DNA from: a virus
Taxonomy: Duplodnaviria > Caudoviricetes
Length of the DNA: 30,478 nucleotides
Reading direction: 5' to 3' (one strand)
Virus record (IMG/VR): IMGVR_UViG_3300037420_001183
Coordinates: 1-30,478 of that record
The notes beneath the pieces are model-generated. The model worked only from the letters and a program-made list of their open reading frames with translations, was not told where the DNA came from and did not search any database. How positions within the stretch are numbered: the first letter of the stretch is position 1; every line of letters begins with the position of its first letter. Positions 7,545 to 14,914 of this stretch are shown here, piece after piece. Both the position numbers and the translations under genes were made by a program.

Positions 7545-9034
7545 TGGCACAGGCCCAGCGCTACAAGCTCAAGCTCAAGCAGTTGGACTTCGTCTCGCTC
7601 GTCGATGACCCGGCGCAGCCGAACGCGAAGTGTCTGCTGATCAAGCGCAAGGACGGCGGCAAGTCCGAGATCGAGGCGACCGCCCGGCTCGTCAAGACGA
7701 ACGACGAGCTCGGCTTGGCGTTCTTCTGGGCGTTCACCTCGACGAACGCCGACGGATCGGCGCACTACGACCTCCACGGAGATCAGGTCGTCGCCGACGA
7801 CACGATGATCAAGGCGGCGATGGCGTTCATGGAGAACGGCGGCGCGGTCGACGAGATGCACGACAGCGATCCGGACGGCGGTCGTGTCGTGTTCGCCATG
7901 CCGATGACGCCGGAGATCGCGAAGGCGTTCGGCGTCGAGACCAAGACGAGCGGCCTCATGATCGCCATCAAGCCGTCCGCCGAGGCGATGGTGAAGCTGA
8001 AGGACGGTACGTACCGCGCCGTCAGTATCGCGGGCCTGGGCGAACGAGAGACGGTCAAGGGCGCCGGCCGCGTCGTCAAGAGCACGCTCTACACCGACCT
8101 CGTCGACGGCCACCAGCACGAGGTGTGCGTCTGCGACGACGGCTCGCTGTATGTGCGCTACGCGACCAGCGAGGGCGCCGACCGCGAGCACAGCCACGGC
8201 ATCGTGTTCGAGAACGGCCAGCTCACCATCCTGGCCGACAGCGGCCACACGCACGTTCTGGCCGAGGGTCAGCCGGGCGTCGCGATCGTTCCCGCCGATG
8301 CGATCGTGGTCGTGCAGGCGAGTGCTTCTCCGACGAAGAACGTGGGTGCAGCGCGCAATACCACCGAGACTGGCGCGAGCAAATCGACCCGTCAGGCACC
8401 TGCGCGCGACAACGACAGCATGAAGATCGTCATCCTGTCCGAAGCGCAGCACGCGCACTACTCGAAGCTGGGCGCCTCCGAGCAGGAGGCGTTCGTCAAC
8501 AAGTCGGCCGCTGAGCGCGATGCCGAGGTCCAGAAGGCGCTCGACGCCGACCCGATCGTCTTCAAGGGCGAGCGGTCGGGCCTCGAGGTCCGCAAGAGCC
8601 AGGGCGACTTCGCCTTGAAGCTCGCGAAGCAGGCCGAGGAGAACGCGGCCACGGTCGCGAAGCAGGCCGAGGAGCTCGCGAAGCGCGACGCCGAGATCCG
8701 CAAGCAGGCGGTTATCGCGAAGCGCAACGAGGTCTTCCAGGGCAAGGCCCCGGGCAAGGACGAGGTCCTCGACCGCATCATCGAGAAGTTCCTCGGCGAC
8801 GACGAGGCGCTCGCCGTGTTCAAGGGCCTCGTCGCGGTCTCGAAGCTCGGCGACAAGGCCCCGGGTGCGAACGGCGGCCTCGAGCCGTCCGACAACCCGG
8901 CGCTCGACGCCTTCAACAAGGGGCTCGTCGAGTTCGCGAAGTCGAAGAACACCACCCCGGTGCTCGCGACCAGCGAGTTCATCTCCACCACCGAGGGCGC
9001 GACCCTCTACGCGGCCACCCAGGCGCAGGCCTGA
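7544..9034 (+). CDS. XkdF-like prohead protease fused to an HxH-repeat module and a C-terminal scaffold
   Basis: VSLVDDPA, DLHGDQV, IKAAMAFM..VDEMH, KDGTYRAVSIAG; coiled-coil C-terminus; upstream of capsid genes. Confidence 0.85.
   Translation: MAQAQRYKLKLKQLDFVSLVDDPAQPNAKCLLIKRKDGGKSEIEATARLVKTNDELGLAFFWAFTSTNADGSAHYDLHGDQVVADDTMIKAAMAFMENGGAVDEMHDSDPDGGRVVFAMPMTPEIAKAFGVETKTSGLMIAIKPSAEAMVKLKDGTYRAVSIAGLGERETVKGAGRVVKSTLYTDLVDGHQHEVCVCDDGSLYVRYATSEGADREHSHGIVFENGQLTILADSGHTHVLAEGQPGVAIVPADAIVVVQASASPTKNVGAARNTTETGASKSTRQAPARDNDSMKIVILSEAQHAHYSKLGASEQEAFVNKSAAERDAEVQKALDADPIVFKGERSGLEVRKSQGDFALKLAKQAEENAATVAKQAEELAKRDAEIRKQAVIAKRNEVFQGKAPGKDEVLDRIIEKFLGDDEALAVFKGLVAVSKLGDKAPGANGGLEPSDNPALDAFNKGLVEFAKSKNTTPVLATSEFISTTEGATLYAATQAQA
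8382..8420 (+). promoter_or_regulatory. late-promoter motif copy 3 (intragenic)
   Basis: AATCGACCC 8382-8390; CGACAAC at 8407; in-frame ATG at +38. Confidence 0.75.
8420..9034 (+). CDS. nested in-frame scaffold protein (204 aa, MKIVILSEAQ...)
   Basis: (8420-7544)/3=292, so in frame; follows a low-complexity linker; Ala/Glu/Lys coiled coil; has its own motif copy. Confidence 0.7.
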   Translation: MKIVILSEAQHAHYSKLGASEQEAFVNKSAAERDAEVQKALDADPIVFKGERSGLEVRKSQGDFALKLAKQAEENAATVAKQAEELAKRDAEIRKQAVIAKRNEVFQGKAPGKDEVLDRIIEKFLGDDEALAVFKGLVAVSKLGDKAPGANGGLEPSDNPALDAFNKGLVEFAKSKNTTPVLATSEFISTTEGATLYAATQAQA

Positions 9035-9046
9035 AAGGACACGACC

Positions 9047-9424
9047 ATGGCGACCACGCAGGCACTCATCGAGATCAGCCTCAAGGCTGCGGCCGATCTC
9101 TCCACCAAGCAGTTCTACTTCGTCGAGGCCACCGCGGCGGACACGGTCAACGCGTGCAACGCGATCACCGATCTCGCCATCGGCGTCCTCACGAACAAGC
9201 CGAGCGCGGCCGGCCAGGCGGCGAGCGTCGCGATCGGCGGCATCGCCAAGGTCGTCGCGGGCGCCGCCATCTCGGCCGGCGCCAAGGTCGCGCCGATGGC
9301 GAGCGGCAAGGCGCAGACCGCCGCTTCCACCCAGTTCCCGCGTGGCGTCGCTCTCGAGGCGGCTGGCGCGGACGGCGACATCATCCACATCCTGCTGCTC
9401 ACCAGCGGCGCCGCGCTTCCCTGA
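9047..9424 (+). CDS. capsid decoration/cement protein (DUF2190-like)
   Basis: Ala/Gly-rich 125 aa, GIAKVVAGAAISAGAKV...GVALEAAGADGDII; SD AAGGA; precedes the major capsid gene. Confidence 0.8.
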   Translation: MATTQALIEISLKAAADLSTKQFYFVEATAADTVNACNAITDLAIGVLTNKPSAAGQAASVAIGGIAKVVAGAAISAGAKVAPMASGKAQTAASTQFPRGVALEAAGADGDIIHILLLTSGAALP

Positions 9425-9448
9425 TCTCCACCCACCGGAGCAAGTACC

Positions 9449-10453
9449 ATGAACCGCCAGTCGCTCATCCGCAAGGCCGCCACCCCGGCGGACATGTATC
9501 GCAACCCGGTGCTGGAGAACGTCTCCAATGCCGCGTTCCAGAACCCGGCCGATTTCGTCGCGCGCACCGCGTTCCCGACAATCGCTGGCCCGACGTCTGG
9601 GACGTACTACGAGATCAACACCGACACGATCGCCAAGAACAAGGCCGCCAAGCGCGCGCCTGGTACCGAGGCGGCCGAGGGCACGTGGGACATCTCGAAG
9701 AAGACGTTCACCTGCGAGCAGCTCGGCTACCGCGAGAAGCTCCCCGAAGAGCTCGTCGCGCAGGGCAACGCCGCTGCGATGGCGGACGTGATCGCGGCCC
9801 AGTCGGTCGCGGAGGTGATGCTCATCGCCTCCGAGGTCGCGTGGGGCGCCGCGTTCTTCGCGACCAGCAAGTGGGGCCGCGACATGGCGGGCGCGGGCTC
9901 GACGGTCGCGGACACCTCGTACAAGTACTGGTCGACGTCGGGCTCGACGCCGATCGCCGACGTGCTCGCCGAGCGCACCCGCATGAAGAAGGTCGGCAAG
10001 CGGTTCCCGAACCTGCTGATCATCGGCAAGAGCGTCGAGGACTACCTCCTCACGCACGCCGACATCCTCTCGCGCGTGAACGCGGGCCAGACGCCGGGCG
10101 CCGGCGCTGATCCGACGCTCAACGACCTCGCGAAGTTCTTCAAGGTCGACCGCGTGGTTGTCGCCTCGGCGACGTACAACTCGGCGCTCGAAGGCGCAAC
10201 GGCGTCGAACGACTTCATCCTCGACAGCAAGAGCGCCCTGCTGATGTACGTCGCGCCGACGCCGGCCGTGATGGCACCGACCGCTGGTTACCGCTTCGCG
10301 GACCAGGACGTCTCGGGCAACGCGATGGGCGTTCGCAACTGGAAGTACTGGGAGCAGGGCAAGCGCTCCTGGTACGTCGAGGGCGCCGTCGACGATACCT
10401 ACAAGATGGTGTCCTCGAACCTCGGCACGTTCCTCTCGGGCATCGTCCAGTAG
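9449..10453 (+). CDS. major capsid protein (lambda gpE-like family)
   Basis: 334 aa, position, KRAPGTEA, PIADV...PNLLIIG, ends GTFLSGIV; SD GGAG; strong codon bias. Confidence 0.88.
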   Translation: MNRQSLIRKAATPADMYRNPVLENVSNAAFQNPADFVARTAFPTIAGPTSGTYYEINTDTIAKNKAAKRAPGTEAAEGTWDISKKTFTCEQLGYREKLPEELVAQGNAAAMADVIAAQSVAEVMLIASEVAWGAAFFATSKWGRDMAGAGSTVADTSYKYWSTSGSTPIADVLAERTRMKKVGKRFPNLLIIGKSVEDYLLTHADILSRVNAGQTPGAGADPTLNDLAKFFKVDRVVVASATYNSALEGATASNDFILDSKSALLMYVAPTPAVMAPTAGYRFADQDVSGNAMGVRNWKYWEQGKRSWYVEGAVDDTYKMVSSNLGTFLSGIVQ

Positions 10454-10468
10454 CTCGAGCAGCGCTGA

Positions 10469-10525
10469 CGGCCTCTGCGGAGGCCGCTTGCGTTGAGAGT
10501 CGGGCTTCGGCGCCGGCCCTCAACG
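10469..10525 (+). terminator. tandem hairpins after the capsid gene (terminator or processing site)
   Basis: CGGCCTC-TGCG-GAGGCCG (10469-10486) and CGTTGAG...cTTCGg...CTCAACG (10491-10525); no U-tract. Confidence 0.5.
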
Positions 10526-10533
10526 GAGGCATC

Positions 10534-10845
10534 TTGGCGTTCCAGCGTCGCATCCCGCCCACGGACGGCCGCTATGTCGCGGCGCGCACTATCGACTTCG
10601 GCGACCGCGTGATTGCCGAGGGCGAGCCCTTCCCGTGGCGCGAGATGGGCATGGACGAGCGCCAGGTGCAGCGTCGCTGGTGGAGCGGCGAGCTCGAGGC
10701 CGCACCGGCCGAGGCTCAGGCGCCGGTGAGCGCCAACGAACTGTCGACGGTGGGCGAGCATCACGGCGAGCAGCCCGTCACGATCAACGACACCGCCTCC
10801 AAGCTCACCCGCGCCGAGCGCCGCGCCCTTCGCTCGAAGGGCTAG
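10534..10845 (+). CDS. hypothetical protein
   Basis: TTG start after GGAGG; fills the gap between capsid and neck genes. Confidence 0.65.
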   Translation: MAFQRRIPPTDGRYVAARTIDFGDRVIAEGEPFPWREMGMDERQVQRRWWSGELEAAPAEAQAPVSANELSTVGEHHGEQPVTINDTASKLTRAERRALRSKG

Positions 10846-10848
10846 CTC

Positions 10849-11319
10849 GTGCCGGGCGGCACGCCGCAGGCCGACCGCATCGCCGCCGAACTGCGCCGTG
10901 CGGTCGAGAAGCAAGCGATTGCGCTCGTGCTCGACCTGGTGCGCGCGCTGATGCGCGCAACGCCGGTCGACACGGGGCATGCGCGCCGCAACTGGTTCGC
11001 GTCCATCGGGCAGCCGGTGACCGAGCCGACTGCGGCAGGTGGCGGCGCGTCGAACGCGCAGGTCACGGCCTACAAGCTCGAGGCGGGCCCGCTGTGGGTC
11101 TCCAACCCAGTCGACTACGTCTGGTTCCTAAACTACGGCACGTCGAAGCAGGCGGCGGCTGGCTGGATCGAGACGACGGTGATGCAGGTGCTGCAGCGCG
11201 CGAAGGAGAAGGGCGGATCGCTCGACGTTGCGGGCATCGAGGGTGCCTTCGCGGACACGGTCGGCGGCACGGGGGCCGAGAACCTGGCGAGCGCCTACAG
11301 CCCGTTCGGGGGCGACTGA
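10849..11319 (+). CDS. neck/tail completion protein, HK97 gp10-like
   Basis: TPVDTGHARRNW and NPVDYVWFLNYGTSKQAAAGWI. Confidence 0.85.
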   Translation: MPGGTPQADRIAAELRRAVEKQAIALVLDLVRALMRATPVDTGHARRNWFASIGQPVTEPTAAGGGASNAQVTAYKLEAGPLWVSNPVDYVWFLNYGTSKQAAAGWIETTVMQVLQRAKEKGGSLDVAGIEGAFADTVGGTGAENLASAYSPFGGD

Positions 11320-11471
11320 TGTCGATGATCCCGTTCCTCGACCACGCCGAGACGTGCAAGGTGTGCCACGCGCGGCCCGATCTCCTCTGCGCGATCGGCA
11401 AGCAGCTGTTCGAGGAGGGCAGGGTGCGGCTCATGCGGAAGCTCGATCCGGCGAAGCGGGCGAAGGCGTAA
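11319..11471 (+). CDS. 50-aa His/Cys microprotein
   Basis: TGATG coupling; MSMIPFLDHAETCKVCHARPDLLC...; its TAA forms part of the next motif copy. Confidence 0.6.
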   Translation: MSMIPFLDHAETCKVCHARPDLLCAIGKQLFEEGRVRLMRKLDPAKRAKA

Positions 11472-11508
11472 TCGACCCACCGAGGTGGTCGGGGCCAGCA
11501 TCACTTCA
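11470..11508 (+). promoter_or_regulatory. late-promoter motif copy 4 (leadered)
   Basis: AATCGACCC 11470-11478; CCAGCAT at 11495; +38 is A11508; SD AAGGAG and ATG 11537 follow. Confidence 0.75.
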
Positions 11509-11536
11509 GCGGAACACGTCCGCGAAGGAGATCATC

Positions 11537-11986
11537 ATGGGCAACTTCAAGATCGAGATCGAAGCAGTCGGCGGCCACGGCATCCAGCGCGAGGTGAAGC
11601 AGGGCGAGATCATCCCCTACGACGCCGCGCACCCGAACGAGCCGGACGTGCTCGCGAAGCGGTTCGTCGAGGAGTTCGCGAGGTCAAACAGCATGGTCAG
11701 CGCGAAGTTGATCCACTGGCCCGACACCACGCCGATCGTCGACAACCTGCTGACCGGCATCCGTGAGCACGGCGACTTCACGACCCAGTGGCAGGGCGAG
11801 GAGATGCTCAAGTATTTCGCGTTCGGACACCTGCCCGAGGGGCCGATGCGGGACATCTCGCGGCTGTACTGCCACCTCGCGTTCATGACCGTGCGCACCG
11901 TGCCGCGCTGCCCCGAGCGCACCGTGGCGCTACGCAAGCTTCTTGAGGGCAAGGACGCTGCAGTGCGCGCGGCGATGACCAGGTAG
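11537..11986 (+). CDS. two-domain protein; C-terminal helical hairpin reminiscent of Acb2/Tad1-type domains
   Basis: SD AAGGAG; C-terminal YFAFGHLP...LA...PRCPERTVALRKLLEGKDAAVRAA. The CDS is solid; the function is speculative. Confidence 0.6.
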   Translation: MGNFKIEIEAVGGHGIQREVKQGEIIPYDAAHPNEPDVLAKRFVEEFARSNSMVSAKLIHWPDTTPIVDNLLTGIREHGDFTTQWQGEEMLKYFAFGHLPEGPMRDISRLYCHLAFMTVRTVPRCPERTVALRKLLEGKDAAVRAAMTR

Positions 11987-11990
11987 CACC

Positions 11991-12425
11991 GTGACCGAGC
12001 TCGAGGCCACCAACGCGATCCTGACGCTCTGGAAGTCCGGCTGGGAGGCGCTGCATCCGGCCGACACGTCCGATCCAGACAGCGTGCCCTGGTGTACCGA
12101 CGACGAGCTCTACGCGCCGGACCAGCTCGGCGCGCTTGGCTGCTGGGCGCGGATCGTGTTTCGGCCGGCCACGGACGAGCAGCTGACGCAGGGCCCGGTC
12201 GCGATGAACGAGGCGGCTGGCGTCGTCATCGTGCAGCTGTTCGGGCCGTTGAACGAGGGCACCGCGAAGCTCACCGGCCTGGCCGACGACGTCCGCACGG
12301 TGCTCAAGCGCAAGCGATCCGGCGAGCTGCGGACGCACGACGCGCCGAGCTCGAAGCCGGCGAGCGACGGCGAGTGGGCAATGCGCGTGGTGACCGTCGA
12401 GGTCCGCTACACGTACACGGGCTAG
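11991..12425 (+). CDS. tail terminator-like protein
   Basis: WARIVF, GVVIVQLFGPLNEG..KLTGLAD, W...VTVEVRY; upstream of the tail tube gene. Confidence 0.78.
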   Translation: MTELEATNAILTLWKSGWEALHPADTSDPDSVPWCTDDELYAPDQLGALGCWARIVFRPATDEQLTQGPVAMNEAAGVVIVQLFGPLNEGTAKLTGLADDVRTVLKRKRSGELRTHDAPSSKPASDGEWAMRVVTVEVRYTYTG

Positions 12426-12458
12426 CAGAATGTCATTGGGGACTGATAAAGATCAGCC

Positions 12459-13205
12459 ATGCCTCCGAGGCTGAAGGATCGCAGCGGGCAGCGCTTTGGC
12501 GAGATGGTGGTCGTCGAACTGGCCGGCAGGCGCCCGCGCCCAGGACGGAGCCTGTCCCGCCTCTATTGGTACTGCCGATGTTCCTGCGGCGCGTTCGCAA
12601 TCATTGCCGATTCGAACCTGAAGACGGCCGGACGCAGCCACGTCCACGTCGCCGCACAGGACCTCACCGAGTGGCGCGCAGAGACAGAGCGCCTCATCGC
12701 CGACGAGAAGGCGAAGCGGGCGGACGCCGCGCTTGAGCGCGCGAGACGGACCGCTGCACGGCGCGCGGCAGCCGCGGTCACGCTCGGAACGAGAAACTCC
12801 TGGTACGACATGATCCAGCGCTGCACGAATCCGAAGGTCGAGTACTACCCGGATTACGGCGGTCGCGGGATCCGCGTGTGCGAGCGCTGGCTCTCATTCG
12901 ATGCGTTCCTTGCCGACATGGGGATCCGACCGGACGGCCTGACGCTCGATCGCATCGACACAAACGGTGATTACGAGCCTGGAAACTGTCGCTGGGCCAC
13001 GCGCAAGGAGCAGTCGCGTAATACGCGGGCTACGCGGCTCACCGAGAGCGAAGCTGCGGTGATCGGCGCACGCCTACGCGCTGGCCATCGCGTTGTGGAC
13101 ATCGCACGCGACTATGCAATCAACAAGGGAACGATTGCGTCCGTCAAGGCGGGCCGCTCCTGGCGCGACGTCAGCGGCATCGCCGCCCGAAATCGACCCG
13201 CCTGA
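12459..13205 (+). CDS. free-standing HNH homing endonuclease with C-terminal HTH
   Basis: DRSGQRFG, WYCRCSCG, WYDMIQRC, YGGRGIRVCERW, TLDRIDTNGDYEPGNCRWAT. Confidence 0.92.
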   Translation: MPPRLKDRSGQRFGEMVVVELAGRRPRPGRSLSRLYWYCRCSCGAFAIIADSNLKTAGRSHVHVAAQDLTEWRAETERLIADEKAKRADAALERARRTAARRAAAAVTLGTRNSWYDMIQRCTNPKVEYYPDYGGRGIRVCERWLSFDAFLADMGIRPDGLTLDRIDTNGDYEPGNCRWATRKEQSRNTRATRLTESEAAVIGARLRAGHRVVDIARDYAINKGTIASVKAGRSWRDVSGIAARNRPA

Positions 13206-13229
13206 CGCCGGTATACGAGCCTGTCCTCC
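13191..13229 (+). promoter_or_regulatory. late-promoter motif copy 5 (tail tube, leadered)
   Basis: AATCGACCC 13191-13199; CGAGCCT at 13216; SD GAGGAGG 13236-13242; GTG 13248. Confidence 0.75.
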
Positions 13230-13245
13230 TCAACCGAGGAGGCAG
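13221..13245 (+). promoter_or_regulatory. SD-sequestering hairpin of the tail tube gene
   Basis: CTG-t-CCTCCTC AACC GAGGAGG-CAG. Confidence 0.7.
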
Positions 13246-13247
13246 CC

Positions 13248-14777
13248 GTGTCCGACGTACTCAGTGAAGGCGTATCCGTCCGCATCGCCCCCCAGACGAC
13301 GCTCGGCACCGCGCCGACCTCCGAGTGGACCCAGCTGCAGCCCGACAAGGGCAGCATCCAAGGGTTCAAGCGCGAGAACCAGACGGTCGAGCGGAACATC
13401 CACGACCCCAACATGGGGCAGCGCAAGGGTGACGTCGTCGGCTGGGCGGTGAAGCCGCAGTTCGCCCACGACTTCAACAAGGACTTCGCCGACATCCTCG
13501 CGGAGCCGATCATGCGCTGCACCGGCGCGCACCCGGGCGGCAAGAGCAAGCGCAAGTACCGGCCGACGGCTGTCGTCGACGGCGGCGGCTCGGACGACTC
13601 GTTCACGGTCGCGGCCAGCGGCGACCTGCCCGCGAAGACGCTGATCAAGACGCGAGGCTTCACGAACAGCGCGAACAACGGCCTGTTCAAGACGACCGCC
13701 GGATCCGGCGCGACCGCGATCCACGTCGCGACCGGCACGCTCGTTGCCGAGGCCTCGCCGCCCGAGAACGCGACGCTCGGCGTTTGGGGCTTCGAGGGCG
13801 CCAGCGACGATCTGACGATCGACGCGAACGGCTACCTCAACTCGACGACCGAGGACTTCACGACACGTGGCATTCCGGTCGGCGCGCTGCTCCAGATCGG
13901 CGACCCCGATACGGCGAACTGCGCGTTCGGCACGCTCGGTGTCTTCTACGCCTGGGTCGTGTCGGTCGCAGCGCACCAGGTCGTGCTCGAGGGCCACAGC
14001 TTCGCCGATGGCGTCTCGCTCGGAGCCGACGCTGGCGCCGGCAAGACGATCCGCGTGCGCGTTCCGTCGCTGTACCGGAACTATGCGATCACCAACGCGA
14101 GCTACCAGAAGAAGCGCGTCTGGCTCGAGCTCGAGCTGCCCAACGCCGGCAGCGACGGCACGACTCGCTGGATCGAGGCCGACTTCTGCGCAGTCGACAA
14201 GATCGACATCTCGGCGCCGCTCAAGCAGAAGGTGACGGCCACGGTCTCGTTCGTCGGTGGCAACGCCACCAAGCCGCTCGCGGCAGCCGATCGCGAGGCG
14301 GCCGGCGGTGTCAGCCGCGGCGACCGGCAGTCGACGGCGTTCGCGCCGCTCGTGGCGGACCTGTCCGACACGGCCAACGATCTTCGATTCGTGCGCCTTC
14401 TCGACGCGGGCTCGAATCTCGTCGCGAAGATCAACAACTGGACGCTGACGCTCCAGAACAACGTGACGCCGCTCGAGGTGCAGGGCACGCCGGGCGCGAT
14501 CGACCACATCTATGGCGCGTTCATGCCGAGCGTGAAGGTCGAGGCGTACTTCGACAACTCGGCGCAGATCGACGCGGCCACCGACAACGACGACCTGTCG
14601 TTCGACGCCTGCGTGGACAACGGCGAGTTCATGTTCGCGTTCCGGCTGCCGCGCACCGCGATGCGCAACGACCAGCTGCAGATCCAGGCGAACACGCAGG
14701 TCAAGCTGAACTTCGACTCGCCGGGCTTCCTGCACGAGACGACGAACGTCGCGAACGTGCTCTGCATCTTCGAGTAG
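13248..14777 (+). CDS. major tail tube protein (long form with a probable inserted domain)
   Basis: QTTLGTAP N-terminus; LTLQNNV, VEAYFDN, FAFRLPR C-terminus; lies between terminator and chaperone genes. Confidence 0.85.
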   Translation: MSDVLSEGVSVRIAPQTTLGTAPTSEWTQLQPDKGSIQGFKRENQTVERNIHDPNMGQRKGDVVGWAVKPQFAHDFNKDFADILAEPIMRCTGAHPGGKSKRKYRPTAVVDGGGSDDSFTVAASGDLPAKTLIKTRGFTNSANNGLFKTTAGSGATAIHVATGTLVAEASPPENATLGVWGFEGASDDLTIDANGYLNSTTEDFTTRGIPVGALLQIGDPDTANCAFGTLGVFYAWVVSVAAHQVVLEGHSFADGVSLGADAGAGKTIRVRVPSLYRNYAITNASYQKKRVWLELELPNAGSDGTTRWIEADFCAVDKIDISAPLKQKVTATVSFVGGNATKPLAAADREAAGGVSRGDRQSTAFAPLVADLSDTANDLRFVRLLDAGSNLVAKINNWTLTLQNNVTPLEVQGTPGAIDHIYGAFMPSVKVEAYFDNSAQIDAATDNDDLSFDACVDNGEFMFAFRLPRTAMRNDQLQIQANTQVKLNFDSPGFLHETTNVANVLCIFE

Positions 14778-14791
14778 CGTCGTGGGCTGCA

Positions 14792-14872
14792 GCTCGGCGG
14801 CCTCCTCCACGCCGAGCGAAGCGGGCATGCTGACCGCGGTCCCAGCGCCCCGGAAGGACCGCCCCGCAAGGG
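14792..14872 (+). other. three consecutive stem-loops after the tail tube gene
   Basis: GCTCGGCG/CGCCGAGC (14792-14817), GCGGTCC/GGACCGC (14836-14862), CCC-GCAA-GGG (14863-14872). Confidence 0.5.
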
Positions 14873-14876
14873 CCGT

Positions 14877-14914
14877 AATCGACCCGTCCGCCGGTCGGCG
14901 GCGACGCTGAAGCA
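14877..14914 (+). promoter_or_regulatory. late-promoter motif copy 6 (tail chaperone, leaderless)
   Basis: AATCGACCC 14877-14885; CGACGCT at 14902; ATG at +37. Confidence 0.8.

Noticed and set aside
7544-7650. N-terminal VSLVDDPA segment as a novel circular permutation of the protease
   Set aside because: As I recall, XkdF-type proteases already carry this segment at the N-terminus, so it is not evidently new.
6227-10057. 1276-aa minus-strand ORF, and similar long ORFs at 19144..21789, 13230..14915 and 2733..4730
   Set aside because: Shadow frames of high-GC, strongly codon-biased real genes; Arg-rich, motif-free translations.
12426-13247. HNH gene as part of a group I intron or intein
   Set aside because: It lies between two intact genes, with only about 33 and 42 nt of flank, leaving no room for an intron core.
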